From: an uncultured Verrucomicrobiae bacterium
GTDB taxonomy: Bacteria; Verrucomicrobiota; Verrucomicrobiia; Chthoniobacterales; Terrimicrobiaceae
DNA: 64,000 nt
Reading direction: 5' to 3'
NCBI GenBank assembly: GCA_963706955.1
Contig: CAVPOC010000010.1
Coordinates: 251,909 to 315,908 of the forward strand
Below the pieces are notes generated by a model. It saw nothing but the letters and a program-made list of their open reading frames with translations, made no database searches and was not told the DNA's origin. Numbering within the stretch: the stretch's first letter is position 1; the number at the start of each line of letters is the position of its first letter. Of the stretch, positions 19,843 through 29,651 are shown in pieces. The translations under genes were made by a program, and so were the position numbers.

Positions 19843-21711
19843 GTGAGCTTACCGTATTTCAAATCGATCATCCCTCCTGCCGGTTTTACCCCTCTGACGC
19901 GCGCTGGTCTGGCGGGCTCAATCCCTGACCGGTTCAACGAGATTGCGGCGCACGATCCGCAGAAAATGGCCGTTTGCGACCATGTAAAATCACTCACCTA
20001 TCTGGAGCTGCATCGCCTGGTAAACAAGGCGGCGGCGATCATCCGGCGGACCGCGGAGCCCTCCGCCTTGGCGAAAGGTGTCGGCCTGATGTTTGAGCCC
20101 ACCGTGGAAAGCGTTGTCGGCATTCTCGGTGTGCTGGCGAGCGGCAACTTCATTTGTCCGATCTCGCCGCGCGATCCTCCCGCAAGAGTCAAAATCCTCC
20201 TCGAGGATGCCGGGATCAACGTCATCCTGACGACCCGGGAAGCATTTCCGAATCGGCTGCAATCCGAGCTACACTCCGAGCACGTTGTCTTCGTCGACGA
20301 ACTCGCGGAAAACGATGTTGAAACCGTCATTCCGGCGATCCTGAATCCCCATCAACTCGCCGCCATCCTGTATACCTCGGGCTCAACCGACATACCCAAG
20401 GGAGTGACTCATACCCACAAAACGTTAATGCAGATGGTCAGGATCAAAGGGAATACGCTGGGTATTTCCCCTTCCGATATGATTGCCGGATTATCCACCT
20501 TCACCTTCGGCAGCTATTATTGGAACGTTTTCGCAACCGTGGTGACTGGTGCCACGCTTCACCTTTACGACTTTTACCGTTTCCCGTTTGAAAACCTGAA
20601 AAGCTGGCTGATCGACCGGCGCATCACTCACTTTCACTGCACTCCGACCACCTTGCGTCAGTTCCTGGCTGCGCTAGACGAACCTACGGTTCTTGCGGAC
20701 CTGCGGCTCGTGTCGCTCGGCGGGGAAACCGTCTATCCAAACGACGTCTATCAGTTTCAAAGAAAGCTTTCACAAGCAACGGCGCTCTGCACCACAGGCG
20801 CGACGATCGAGACCTGGTTTTATGGCTGCACGTTTTTTCAGACACCATTCCCGGACGGAGTTGATGAAATCCCGATGGGGTTCATCCATCCGGAATGCCG
20901 TGTCGAGGTGCGGGATGACCAGGGGGGCAAACTTCCGCCCGGTCAAACGGGGGAAATTACCGTCAGGAGCGAATGCCTTTCTCCGGGCTATTGGAAGCGC
21001 GCAGAGCTCAATGCCGCGAAGTATGTCGTCGGTGAGGACCAGAAGCGTTACTTCCATTCGGGCGATTTGGGAACCTTTAGCCCGGATGGACTGCTCTATC
21101 AGAAAGGCCGATCCGACTTTCAAGTCAAGATCCGGGGGATGCGGATCGACCTCGCCGGTGTCGAAGCAGTTTTACACGATCACCCCGGAGTCAAACAAGC
21201 CGTGGTCGTGGGGCGAGCCCGGAAGGACAACCAGATGGAATTGGTCGCCTATATCGTCGCAACTGGCCATCGCACCACTGGCCGAAGCGAAATCTACCAA
21301 TTCCTGGCTACGAAGTTACCGCCCGACCAAATTCCCGCGCGCCTCGTTTTTCTCGAGTCCTTTCCCCTCACCCACACGCACAAGGTGGACCGAAATGCGC
21401 TTCCTGATCCGGACGAAATCGAAATAACAAGAGATCTGCAATGGATCGCACCACGGAACGATGTCGAGGCCCTTCTGCACGGAATTTGGGCCGAGATTCT
21501 GGGCCACGAGAACTTCGGCGTCACTGAGCCGTTCTTGCAACTCGGAGGCGACTCCCTTGGGGCCATGCGCGTTCGCAATCATATTGAAGCGGAATTCGGG
21601 GTGTGGATCCCGTTGAGTGACCTCTTAACGGCGGCGACTATCGAATCGCTCGCCGACGTGGTCCAGTCTCTAAGCACTGAGGAAGTGACAACCCGCGCCC
21701 GGACCACTTAA
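19843..21711 (+). CDS. Stand-alone NRPS-like adenylation + carrier (A-PCP) didomain protein
   Basis: YTSGST..PKG, HSGDLG, GRSDFQVKIRG and PLT..KVDR A-domain motifs; LGGDSL phosphopantetheine site. Confidence 0.92.
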   Translation: MSLPYFKSIIPPAGFTPLTRAGLAGSIPDRFNEIAAHDPQKMAVCDHVKSLTYLELHRLVNKAAAIIRRTAEPSALAKGVGLMFEPTVESVVGILGVLASGNFICPISPRDPPARVKILLEDAGINVILTTREAFPNRLQSELHSEHVVFVDELAENDVETVIPAILNPHQLAAILYTSGSTDIPKGVTHTHKTLMQMVRIKGNTLGISPSDMIAGLSTFTFGSYYWNVFATVVTGATLHLYDFYRFPFENLKSWLIDRRITHFHCTPTTLRQFLAALDEPTVLADLRLVSLGGETVYPNDVYQFQRKLSQATALCTTGATIETWFYGCTFFQTPFPDGVDEIPMGFIHPECRVEVRDDQGGKLPPGQTGEITVRSECLSPGYWKRAELNAAKYVVGEDQKRYFHSGDLGTFSPDGLLYQKGRSDFQVKIRGMRIDLAGVEAVLHDHPGVKQAVVVGRARKDNQMELVAYIVATGHRTTGRSEIYQFLATKLPPDQIPARLVFLESFPLTHTHKVDRNALPDPDEIEITRDLQWIAPRNDVEALLHGIWAEILGHENFGVTEPFLQLGGDSLGAMRVRNHIEAEFGVWIPLSDLLTAATIESLADVVQSLSTEEVTTRARTT

Positions 21712-21750
21712 AGCAGGACACTCGTCCGTAAAGGCCAGCAATCAGCGAGC

Positions 21751-22860
21751 ATGAAAGTTCAATATTTTAACAACCTCAGAGAACTGAAGCAGATTGACCC
21801 AGCAACCATAACGGGGGTCGATCCGGTGAGCGCCAAATTCAGCTTCAGGACCAACAGCTACTACAACTCCCTCATTGACTGGGACGATCCGGATGACCCG
21901 CTCAAAAAACTGATCATGCCGGATCTCCAGGAGTTGAATGATCATCTGGCGTCCGACTCCCTAAACGAAATCAAATACCACGACATTCCAGGGATCCAAT
22001 ACAAGTACGGCGATCAAATCAACCTGTTGGTCACGAGCACCTGCGCCGCTATCTGCCGCTATTGTTTTAGGAAAAATCTGCTCCATCAAGGGAATACCAT
22101 CACCGCAACGAACATGTCGAAGGTCCGGGAATGGCTGGAAGCGCATCCTAACGTGAAGAGCGTCGTCGTGACCGGAGGCGAACCGCTCATTCTTTCGACT
22201 TCGAAGCTGAACTCGATCCTGACGACCCTCCAGGAAGTCGAATCGGTCGAACACATCCGGATCTCGGCAAAGATCTGCTCGTTTAATCCCTATCGAATTC
22301 TGGATGATCCCGGCTTGCTAAAGATGTTTCGGGAACGATGCCAGGCGCGCCCTGGGAATACCATTTGGATCGGAAACCACTTCTCTCACCCGAACGAATT
22401 CACCGACTCATCGCGTGAAGCGGTAAGACTGCTGAAGGCGACCGGAGTCGGCATGTTGAATAACGTCCCAATCGTCAGGGGTATCAACGCGGACCCGGAC
22501 ATCCTCGCCTCGGTCTTCAGCGGAGTTTACAAAATGGGCATTTCAAACTACTACGCCTGCGTCCTCACTGAAACCGAAGGCAATAAGGCGCTCACCTTGC
22601 CCCTGGAGGAGATCTCGCGGATCTACCTCGCCGCGCGCAAAAAGGTTCCCGGCTCCGCCAAAACTGCCAGGCTAACCATCAAAAGGGAACGAGGAAACGT
22701 ATCGGTATTGGGCGTTAGCGAAGGAAGAATCTACTTCGAGCTGATTCACTCTGAATACAAGGATCAGGAGGGAAAGATATTCTCGTTTAAAAGTAATCCG
22801 GACGCTTACTTCCTCGAAGATTATGACGAAGTCAAAGGGGGCGCCTGTGACTGGATCTAA
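21751..22860 (+). CDS. KamA (lysine 2,3-aminomutase)-like radical SAM protein, divergent
   Basis: YYNSLIDWDDPDDPLKKLIMP, CAAICRYCFRK, TGGEPL, HFSHPNE and RGIN motifs. Confidence 0.88.
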   Translation: MKVQYFNNLRELKQIDPATITGVDPVSAKFSFRTNSYYNSLIDWDDPDDPLKKLIMPDLQELNDHLASDSLNEIKYHDIPGIQYKYGDQINLLVTSTCAAICRYCFRKNLLHQGNTITATNMSKVREWLEAHPNVKSVVVTGGEPLILSTSKLNSILTTLQEVESVEHIRISAKICSFNPYRILDDPGLLKMFRERCQARPGNTIWIGNHFSHPNEFTDSSREAVRLLKATGVGMLNNVPIVRGINADPDILASVFSGVYKMGISNYYACVLTETEGNKALTLPLEEISRIYLAARKKVPGSAKTARLTIKRERGNVSVLGVSEGRIYFELIHSEYKDQEGKIFSFKSNPDAYFLEDYDEVKGGACDWI

Positions 22861-22969
22861 AACGGCAAGGGATTGCCACGCCGTAACGATAATCGCCGAA
22901 GGTGTGCCACCCAGCATTCGGATCGAGTTCGGGCCCGTTCTCACATCACGTGCCGCACGCGGCCGAGAC

Positions 22970-23156
22970 AGGATCGATCCTATAATTTGCACATGCGGCC
23001 TGGCTTAGCTTGCATGCTCTGCTTAACCTCCTCAGAAAATCGATTGTCTTCGTCGCCATCGCTCCTGCAAACGCCAAAAGTCGGCTTGGCAGCGATCTCT
23101 CGGGTAGCCATCTACTGCCATCGGAGTATAAGGATGTATATTATAGGACTGACCCC
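22970..23156 (+). mobile_element. ~200-bp MITE-like element, copy E (internal deletion, eroded left TIR)
   Basis: Same body; right TIR ATTATAGGACTGACCCC intact. Confidence 0.8.
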
Positions 23157-23263
23157 TTTTGCTCTGGCTGACCCCTTTTGCTCTGGCCCTTTGCTGGCCA
23201 TTTAGATGGAGAGATATTACAAAGCGTGCACGCCTTAGCACCTCTCTTATCGTGGGTCTTTCT

Positions 23264-24070
23264 TCAAATATTGTTTTCCCAGGCTTCCTTTTGGTCTGTC
23301 TTTATAAACTCCTCGAATGCCTTGGGCACAACATTGCGGAAGAAGCCGGTATCGGCGGGGACGATCGACACCATCGCCTCAATCACTTCCTTTGGATCAT
23401 GTCGTTCGTCCTCCTCCCCAAAAAAGGCAAAATAGTTCTCGATGTCTGCTCGCTTGATGAAGTTCCTGCTGTCATCCTGCCAGTGAAGGGCGGACTCGCA
23501 CATCGTCTCATTGAACCCCGTCAGGAAGGCCTTCGGATTGATGGTCTGTACCTGGATCTGGAATGGCTTCAGTTCTCGCTGAAGCGACTCGGCGATGCAT
23601 TGCAGAGCGTGCTTGCTCGCGGCATAGGGGGCTAGACCCGGAGCCGGCGTGAGCAGCCCCGCGACCGAACTAGTAAAGACCACTTTACCGGGCCGTTTCT
23701 GGTCGATCCACTTCCGGATGAACTTTTGGGCCAGTTCCAGAGGCGCGAAAACGTTGCTCTCAAACGTCCGGCGGACGAGATCGACCGGAATTTCACAGAC
23801 TGGACCGTTTTCGCCGATTCCGGCGTTGCTGAAAAGAATGTCAATGTCCCATTTCAGCGCGTTGGCCACGTCGTAGGGATGAAGGAGCTCTAACTTCTCG
23901 ACGCGGAGATTGTTCAGCCCGAGCGATTTTACTTTCTGTCGCAGGCTGGTCACTTGCGGCCAGATTTGAACGCCAGCAATAACATCATGTCCGTTCTGGG
24001 CGAGACCGATCGCAGTGCCCTCGCCAAAGCCCGAGCCTGCTCCAGTAATCAAAATTCGTTTCTTGCTCAT
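23264..24070 (-). CDS. SDR family oxidoreductase
   Basis: ILITGAGSGFG, SNAG and YAASK motifs. Confidence 0.93.
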   Translation of the reverse strand: MSKKRILITGAGSGFGEGTAIGLAQNGHDVIAGVQIWPQVTSLRQKVKSLGLNNLRVEKLELLHPYDVANALKWDIDILFSNAGIGENGPVCEIPVDLVRRTFESNVFAPLELAQKFIRKWIDQKRPGKVVFTSSVAGLLTPAPGLAPYAASKHALQCIAESLQRELKPFQIQVQTINPKAFLTGFNETMCESALHWQDDSRNFIKRADIENYFAFFGEEDERHDPKEVIEAMVSIVPADTGFFRNVVPKAFEEFIKTDQKEAWENNI

Positions 24071-24345
24071 ATGACTTGCTTTTTTGTTTATGTCATAGGC
24101 TTCAACTCACGAAACGAATAAATCGTACTCCAAAAACGGGAACGGGCGAAGAGGTCTGAATTTTACCGCTTCCCACACGCGCCGCTTCTGACACCAGACG
24201 TAATCGCCTGTGAGATTGATATTCCAGAATCTGGCGCGCTCATCGCGCAAGCCGGGGCCACTTTTGTCACTCTGCGCCCATGGAAATACAAGCTTTCGGC
24301 TTCAGACTCCAGGCCACGCGCTGGAGAGTCAAAAGCGATTTCCTA

Positions 24346-24711
24346 TCAGTCAGGTCCAGTGCTCTTACCGCCTCCGACTTCATGGTGGCCTACCTGTCTT
24401 AACTCCCAGTTGATCGAGAAACTGATCACGGTTCGGATCGCGACGATCGCGCCGAGGATCGCGAGGTCAGCGAGTGTTGGTGTCAGCACCGTGTGGATGA
24501 TATCGGCCGCGATCAGGAACTCGAGGCCGAGCAGGAGATAATACCCGAGGTGATGCCGCAGGTCCTCACGTTCGACAAGAATATTTCGTCCGCTGAGGCT
24601 CGCCCATTCAAGACGCAGGAGGCGCAACACGCCGAGAAGAACGCCCCACAGAATTACAGTTAGGCCGATCACACCGATCACCAGACTGATGTGCTCGACA
24701 AGCATATGCAT
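24346..24711 (-). CDS. DUF1622 membrane protein
   Basis: LGYYLLLGLEFLIAADIIHT...LGAIVAIRTVISF motif. Confidence 0.88.
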   Translation of the reverse strand: MHMLVEHISLVIGVIGLTVILWGVLLGVLRLLRLEWASLSGRNILVEREDLRHHLGYYLLLGLEFLIAADIIHTVLTPTLADLAILGAIVAIRTVISFSINWELRQVGHHEVGGGKSTGPD

Positions 24712-25378
24712 CGTTAATCCGCTTACATGCCAATCGCATCAGAAGCGATATTTTTTTAACGGAACACACCCCGGCGCTTCGCGCCACCCCGTCTCGACAA
24801 ACCGAAAGTCCAACCGAACGATATTCACGTGTTTGCCAACCAGCCTGGGAATACTGGAAAGTCGGAGCGCCAGTTAATGGAAGCAAGGCGGACATTCGCG
24901 CGGAGGTGGAGGCTTTGACACTCCCATCGTTCCAGCCCGCCTGGAAAGTCGGTTCGTCGTTTGACGCGCGGAAGCCCAGGATGACTGCAGAAGGCCTGAC
25001 GCGTCAAACCCTGCCAGCAGAGACGGGAGGGGGGTTCTACGGCGAGGCAATACGCGGCCGGAGCGCGCCAACTCTTACAGAACCCGCATCCTCTAACCAG
25101 AGTCGAGCATTGATAAAATCTACTCTAAACTGCTTGTGTGACAGCTCAACAGGTCTAGAGGAACTGCTCCGGGAACGGCCGGAACGTCTGGCCAAACCGA
25201 ACGCGCCGCCGCAGGGCGCTTCGGTAAAGGAGCGCGAACTGTCGCGATTGTAATGCTCGCCATTGAAAAAGGAGCTGGGTGACAACGCAAAAGATGCAGG
25301 CTAGCTTGGAGACTAATATCTAGTCCACGTCAATCACATGGCGCTTAACGGCCCCTGTGCAACGTTAAGAATACAAGC

Positions 25379-25585
25379 ATGATTATCCTTTTCTTCTTAG
25401 AAATAGTGATAGCAGGTGCTTTCCTTGGCTCGCTCATGCTTGCTCTATTGAAAAACCTTCAGCCCGAACGCACCGGATTGATCAATCGGTGGCATTACTT
25501 TTTTTGGCATTTTTGGATCCCGAGACTCATTCCCTGGACTCTGGTAATTCTTATTCTCTTCTTTGCCAGAATTCTCATGCTATGA
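25379..25585 (+). CDS. Small AT-rich two-TM hypothetical protein, cassette-like
   Basis: 68-aa hydrophobic ORF between GTTAAGA (25364) and TCTTATC (25590). Confidence 0.45.
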   Translation: MIILFFLEIVIAGAFLGSLMLALLKNLQPERTGLINRWHYFFWHFWIPRLIPWTLVILILFFARILML

Positions 25586-25772
25586 AGATTCTTATCGTTT
25601 TGACATTCACGCCAATTCGCTTGCCTTGCCGGCAGGCGATTCTCGCCGCCGAAACCCGGGACGGGCCGCCAAGTTGGGCGACAGACAGGTGGTTCCTCCA
25701 GCCCCTACACTCGCCGTGCAGATGTCGCTGGGATCAGATCTTGACCTATGACATTTCCGCGTGCAGTGGGAT

Positions 25773-25966
25773 GGGGTCGGTCCTATAATTTACACATGCC
25801 GGCACGGGTTGGCTTGCATGCTCTCCTTAACTTCCTCAGGGAAGCGAGTAGGAAATCGATTGTCTTCGTTGCCAATCGCTCCTGCAAACGCCAAATTCGG
25901 CTTCGCAGCGATCTCTCGGGTAGCCATCTACTGCTATCGGCGCATAAGGATGTATAATATAGGACT
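25773..25966 (+). mobile_element. ~200-bp MITE-like element, copy F (right TIR clipped)
   Basis: Near-identical to copy A. Confidence 0.85.
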
Positions 25967-26082
25967 TCTCTGAAAGAATGTGAAAGTGGCTGTCAAGGGC
26001 GAATTTCCAAGCGAAGTGCTAGCTAAGGGACGTGCGAAGACTAAGGGCGAAAAAATAGCATATTCTGCTCCAGCAGAGGCTA

Positions 26083-26630
26083 GGGATCAGCCTGGGGGAC
26101 TGCTGCCCCGATGCAACAAATGGCTGCGCTGGGCATCTCTTTGAGGTCTCGGGTGGCCTTCCCGCAGATGTGCACCTTTGCAATCAGGTTGGCGCGCAGC
26201 AGATCGGCCAGAATGCGGGCATCCACCTTGTCGGTCTTGATCTGCGCCTCGGCGATAATGCGGGTCTTAAATGGATTGGCTAACACGATGTCCTCTCGCG
26301 GCATCACCTCTTCCAGAATCTCAATCAACCAGTGCCAGTTCATGCAGGCCTCAAAGACCACCCGACATCCAGGCCATCGTCGCACCAGCCAAACAAATTG
26401 CTCCGGGCAGAGGTGATCGATGCGTCCCCTTTCCAGAATCATTCCCTGCGCGTCGAGCACACAGAAGACACTCTAGCGCTTGTGATAGTCGATGCCGATG
26501 AAGCTCAACTCCGCTTTGAGGATAGGTTGTGTTTTCATCACACAATCTACACCCCTCGATTTTATGCAGCTCCCCAGACCATCCCGCCCGCAGATTAAGC
26601 TTCTATCAGCCTTTCATGTCGCCTGACCCC
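26083..26630 (-). pseudogene. IS110-family transposase 5' fragment, copy 2
   Basis: ATG 26538 MKTQPILKAELSFIGIDYHKR with an in-frame TAG at 26473-26475, then FEACMNW, LANPFKTR and KTDKVDA. Truncated shortly after GKATR. Confidence 0.85.
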
Positions 26631-26647
26631 CGTGCTGCCGCCACGAG

Positions 26648-27448
26648 CTACGGTCGCTCCGACAGCACCAGATTGCGGATGTGCGAAGCGACGCCAACTA
26701 TATCCGGGAAGATACTCAACTCATTGAGGCTGGAAAACTGTAAGAACTCTAGCGCACCCCTTCTCGCCGACTTAGGTAGCAGCACTTTCCGAACACAGCT
26801 GGGACACTGTTCTTCCAGGCTACGTTCGTCATCACCATGGATCGTGAACATTCCTCGCTGAGCGAATAGTCTTCCGTTTTGAAACGGCGGATCTAGAGCG
26901 ATCGGCAAGCGCGGAGCAAACGGCTCCTTCTTCCAGTATACGGAGCGGTAAGAGAAGCTCGGGTCGTCTGCATGCTTGAGTTGCGGCGTGCCAGTGGCTA
27001 GACGATTGAGCGCCATCGGGTCGAGGACATACACAGCAGCCTCGGATGGCTCTGTGCCCAAGGCGAAGAACACAGCCACGCCGAGCGTCTCGGTCCAATC
27101 CAAGAGTCGGGTCGGGATACCGTAGTGCTGCATGTCGAACACGGTTTCCCAGTCGGACTCGCGCGCCTTCAGCAAGTAGGTAGCGGCCTGACGATACTTG
27201 TGAAACAGCTCCTGCTCTTTGCTTAGACCTCGGGATGTCCGAAGCAAGGACGGGAATAGTGAATACGTACTATGCCAGTGCCCTCGGTACCATACTGTCG
27301 CCGGGTTCTTGAGCTGTGCACGGGCGTTCCTGATTCCGGAAAGGAAGACATCCCATGATTCACCTGCTTCTGAGCTACTGCGGTTGTCTCGCCGCCCGGA
27401 CCTATCCATCGATCGTGGCATTTTGCTGCTCCCTGTTTCTGACAACAT
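26648..27448 (-). CDS. FRG domain-containing protein
   Basis: WYRGH, LFPSL, MQHYGIPTRLLDWT and RLFAQRGMFT motifs. Confidence 0.9.
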   Translation of the reverse strand: MLSETGSSKMPRSMDRSGRRDNRSSSEAGESWDVFLSGIRNARAQLKNPATVWYRGHWHSTYSLFPSLLRTSRGLSKEQELFHKYRQAATYLLKARESDWETVFDMQHYGIPTRLLDWTETLGVAVFFALGTEPSEAAVYVLDPMALNRLATGTPQLKHADDPSFSYRSVYWKKEPFAPRLPIALDPPFQNGRLFAQRGMFTIHGDDERSLEEQCPSCVRKVLLPKSARRGALEFLQFSSLNELSIFPDIVGVASHIRNLVLSERP

Positions 27449-27558
27449 AACGCCTAACAAGCAAAATGGAAGAGGTCCGCCTGGGAAATTCCGACCATTA
27501 ACGCAGCGATGGCCGCTGTGAGGTTTTTCTTTGGGGGGAAATAAGCCGGAGTGCAGAT

Positions 27559-27757
27559 GGGGTCGGTCCTATAATTTACATGTCGCCGCGCGCATTAGCT
27601 TTGCATGCCCTTCTTTACCTCTTCACGGGGAGAACTAGGCGATCGAATACCTTCGTTGCTAATCACTCCTTCAAACGCCAGGCTCGGCATGGTAGCGATC
27701 TCACCACGGCCATCTAATTTCATCGCAGAATAGAGGTGAAATTATGGGGCTGACCCC
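27559..27757 (+). mobile_element. ~200-bp MITE-like element, copy G (diverged body, both TIRs retained)
   Basis: GGGGTCGGTCCTATAATTTACA ... AATTATGGGGCTGACCCC. Confidence 0.75.
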
Positions 27758-27911
27758 TGTAATGACGCGAGTGAGCGCACACGACATTGCCGGCCTGCGG
27801 CGGCATTCACTCTCTACCCATCGGAGTTTGTCTTTAGCAGCTCATATGGGCTTGCCTGCTGTGGGATTCTGTACGGTATAGGACCTTCATCGCCTGCCCT
27901 GGTGATTCTAT

Positions 27912-28265
27912 TTAGAGTTTGATCTTGATGATAAAACCATCCCCCGTCGGACGGCTGTTACCTGAGGCGCTGGCTTGCGTACCCAGCCCATAGCCACCAT
28001 CCATCGAAGCAAGCGGGCCCGGATAGACCTGATTCGGATAGGCAGGAGGCGGGCTCGGATAGGTGGGATAGGTCGGCGATTGACGGTTATTACCGGTTAC
28101 TCCTCCCGGCATCTTATCAGGCTTTAATTCGATGGTGCAACCGGTTAGCAGGGCCAATACGATAATGCCAAGAATATGTGCCGCGCGAGCTAGGGACCGC
28201 TGTGGAAGACGACCAAGAAGACTCCTTTGATTCTTCAGTTGGCACATTGCGTTTAGTATTCTCAT
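27912..28265 (-). CDS. Hypothetical Pro-rich lipoprotein
   Basis: AAGGAG RBS, hydrophobic stretch ending in an LLTGC lipobox. Confidence 0.5.
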   Translation of the reverse strand: MRILNAMCQLKNQRSLLGRLPQRSLARAAHILGIIVLALLTGCTIELKPDKMPGGVTGNNRQSPTYPTYPSPPPAYPNQVYPGPLASMDGGYGLGTQASASGNSRPTGDGFIIKIKL

Positions 28266-29387
28266 TACTACTCCTTCTGTTAACTTTGCTAAGGAATGCT
28301 GTCTGCCGGAGTTCATGAGCGGAGCGACCGCTTTGTTCAAGAGGCTCGCTAATGGTTCTGCCCGTTCTATGTCGTTCCTCCCAGCGTGGTTAGCATTGCT
28401 TTATTAGTTTCCGAATTCATCGGCGTTCACATGGTTACAAAGGCATTTTCAAGGTCTGGTTTCATGTTATTTGGCAAGGGTCTTGCTGCTCGTTTTCCGC
28501 GGCGGCTAAATGTCGCGAACGCCGTCACCCGCGACAGCGCACAAGGCTGCCATAAGCCCAAGCGGGCTGCGCTCCACCACATCCGATTTCTTCAGGGTAT
28601 GGCAACAATTTACCATTCCACCCAGGCTCTCGTGGCTGGGCGACCTTGATGCCAACTAATCGGCTCCGAGTGCGTCATCTACACCGCCCTTAACGAAAAA
28701 CGGCGACGCTTTACGAAGGCGGCGAAGAGTTGTCGCTAGGCAGGAACTCGTTGAGGCTATCCGAACACGATGACAGATAGATTCACCCCTTCTCCCTTTT
28801 TGCTTTCGCCTTACAGGCTACTAGCAAACTTTGTGTTATTTATATACCACGGGCGCACCGTTGATCGTCTTTTCGTTACCAACCGATTATTATGGCGAGG
28901 GGCCGCGCCCACCTCGCCCTCCTTGGCGCTATTCGCCATCAGCATCAATGTGTACGGGTATTCGTTTGCACGTGACGTTACGGGTCTCTGCTAACGACTT
29001 GGTATCCTCAGGTTCCGACTGATTTGGAGGATGCAATCTTGAGCGGGTTATCACTCGCCAATTGCATCCCTCCGTTCCGGCCACGACTTATACCGCTCCA
29101 AGCGGAGACTGGTTTGGCCGTCGAATTGGATATGATTTCCCGTGCTCGTGAGGGAGATTGCCTGGCGGAGTGGAAGTGGCAGGATCCGCTGTGCCTTTGG
29201 CCAAGCCGCCTTGACGTCGAGGTAAAACGTAGTTGCCGGCAGGAATCCGCACATATAAAGGGTCCTTTGTTAGCTGGTCCGGAGGATGCCTGAAGTAGCC
29301 TGAATCTCCAGCTTGAAGCGTCCCGGAAAGACGCATTCCCGGGAATGCACGGTTGAAATTTCCGCCATCTCGGCCAAGTAGGCCATC

Positions 29388-29639
29388 TTAGCGCATCGGA
29401 AAGTTAAGTGTGATACGGCTTCCGGCATCGACCGTGATTGTGCGTGATTGCGATGCAAAGCCGTCCGCGTAACACGCAACGCGATAAATCCCTGCAACAG
29501 GCGCGGTCAGACTGAATGTGCCGTTCGCCGCCGTCAGCGCGGCGATATCTGGAAGAGGTATAGGACTCTCGACGAAGGAGATCCGAGCTCCCGCGACTGC
29601 GCGACCCTTTAGATCGCGCACGGTGCCGGTGATCACCAT
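29388..29639 (-). CDS. Carboxypeptidase regulatory-like domain protein
   Basis: ITGTVRD..GRAVAGARI...T.ANGTFSL...GIYRV...GF motif. Confidence 0.8.
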   Translation of the reverse strand: MVITGTVRDLKGRAVAGARISFVESPIPLPDIAALTAANGTFSLTAPVAGIYRVACYADGFASQSRTITVDAGSRITLNFPMR

Positions 29640-29651
29640 AGGACTTCAATC

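Noticed and set aside
10624..25973. Recurrent short ORFs containing ANAKFGFAAISRVAIY...IIGLTP
   Set aside because: They are translations of the 200-bp element; frames break differently in each copy, so there is no sign of coding conservation.
10633..27757. CRISPR array interpretation of the repeats
   Set aside because: The repeats are ~200 bp with kb-scale irregular spacing, and there are no cas genes.
28989..29053. attC-like site after ORF 28770-28994 (TGCTAAC...GTTATCA)
   Set aside because: Weak L-box pairing and an over-long spacer; the upstream ORF is doubtful.
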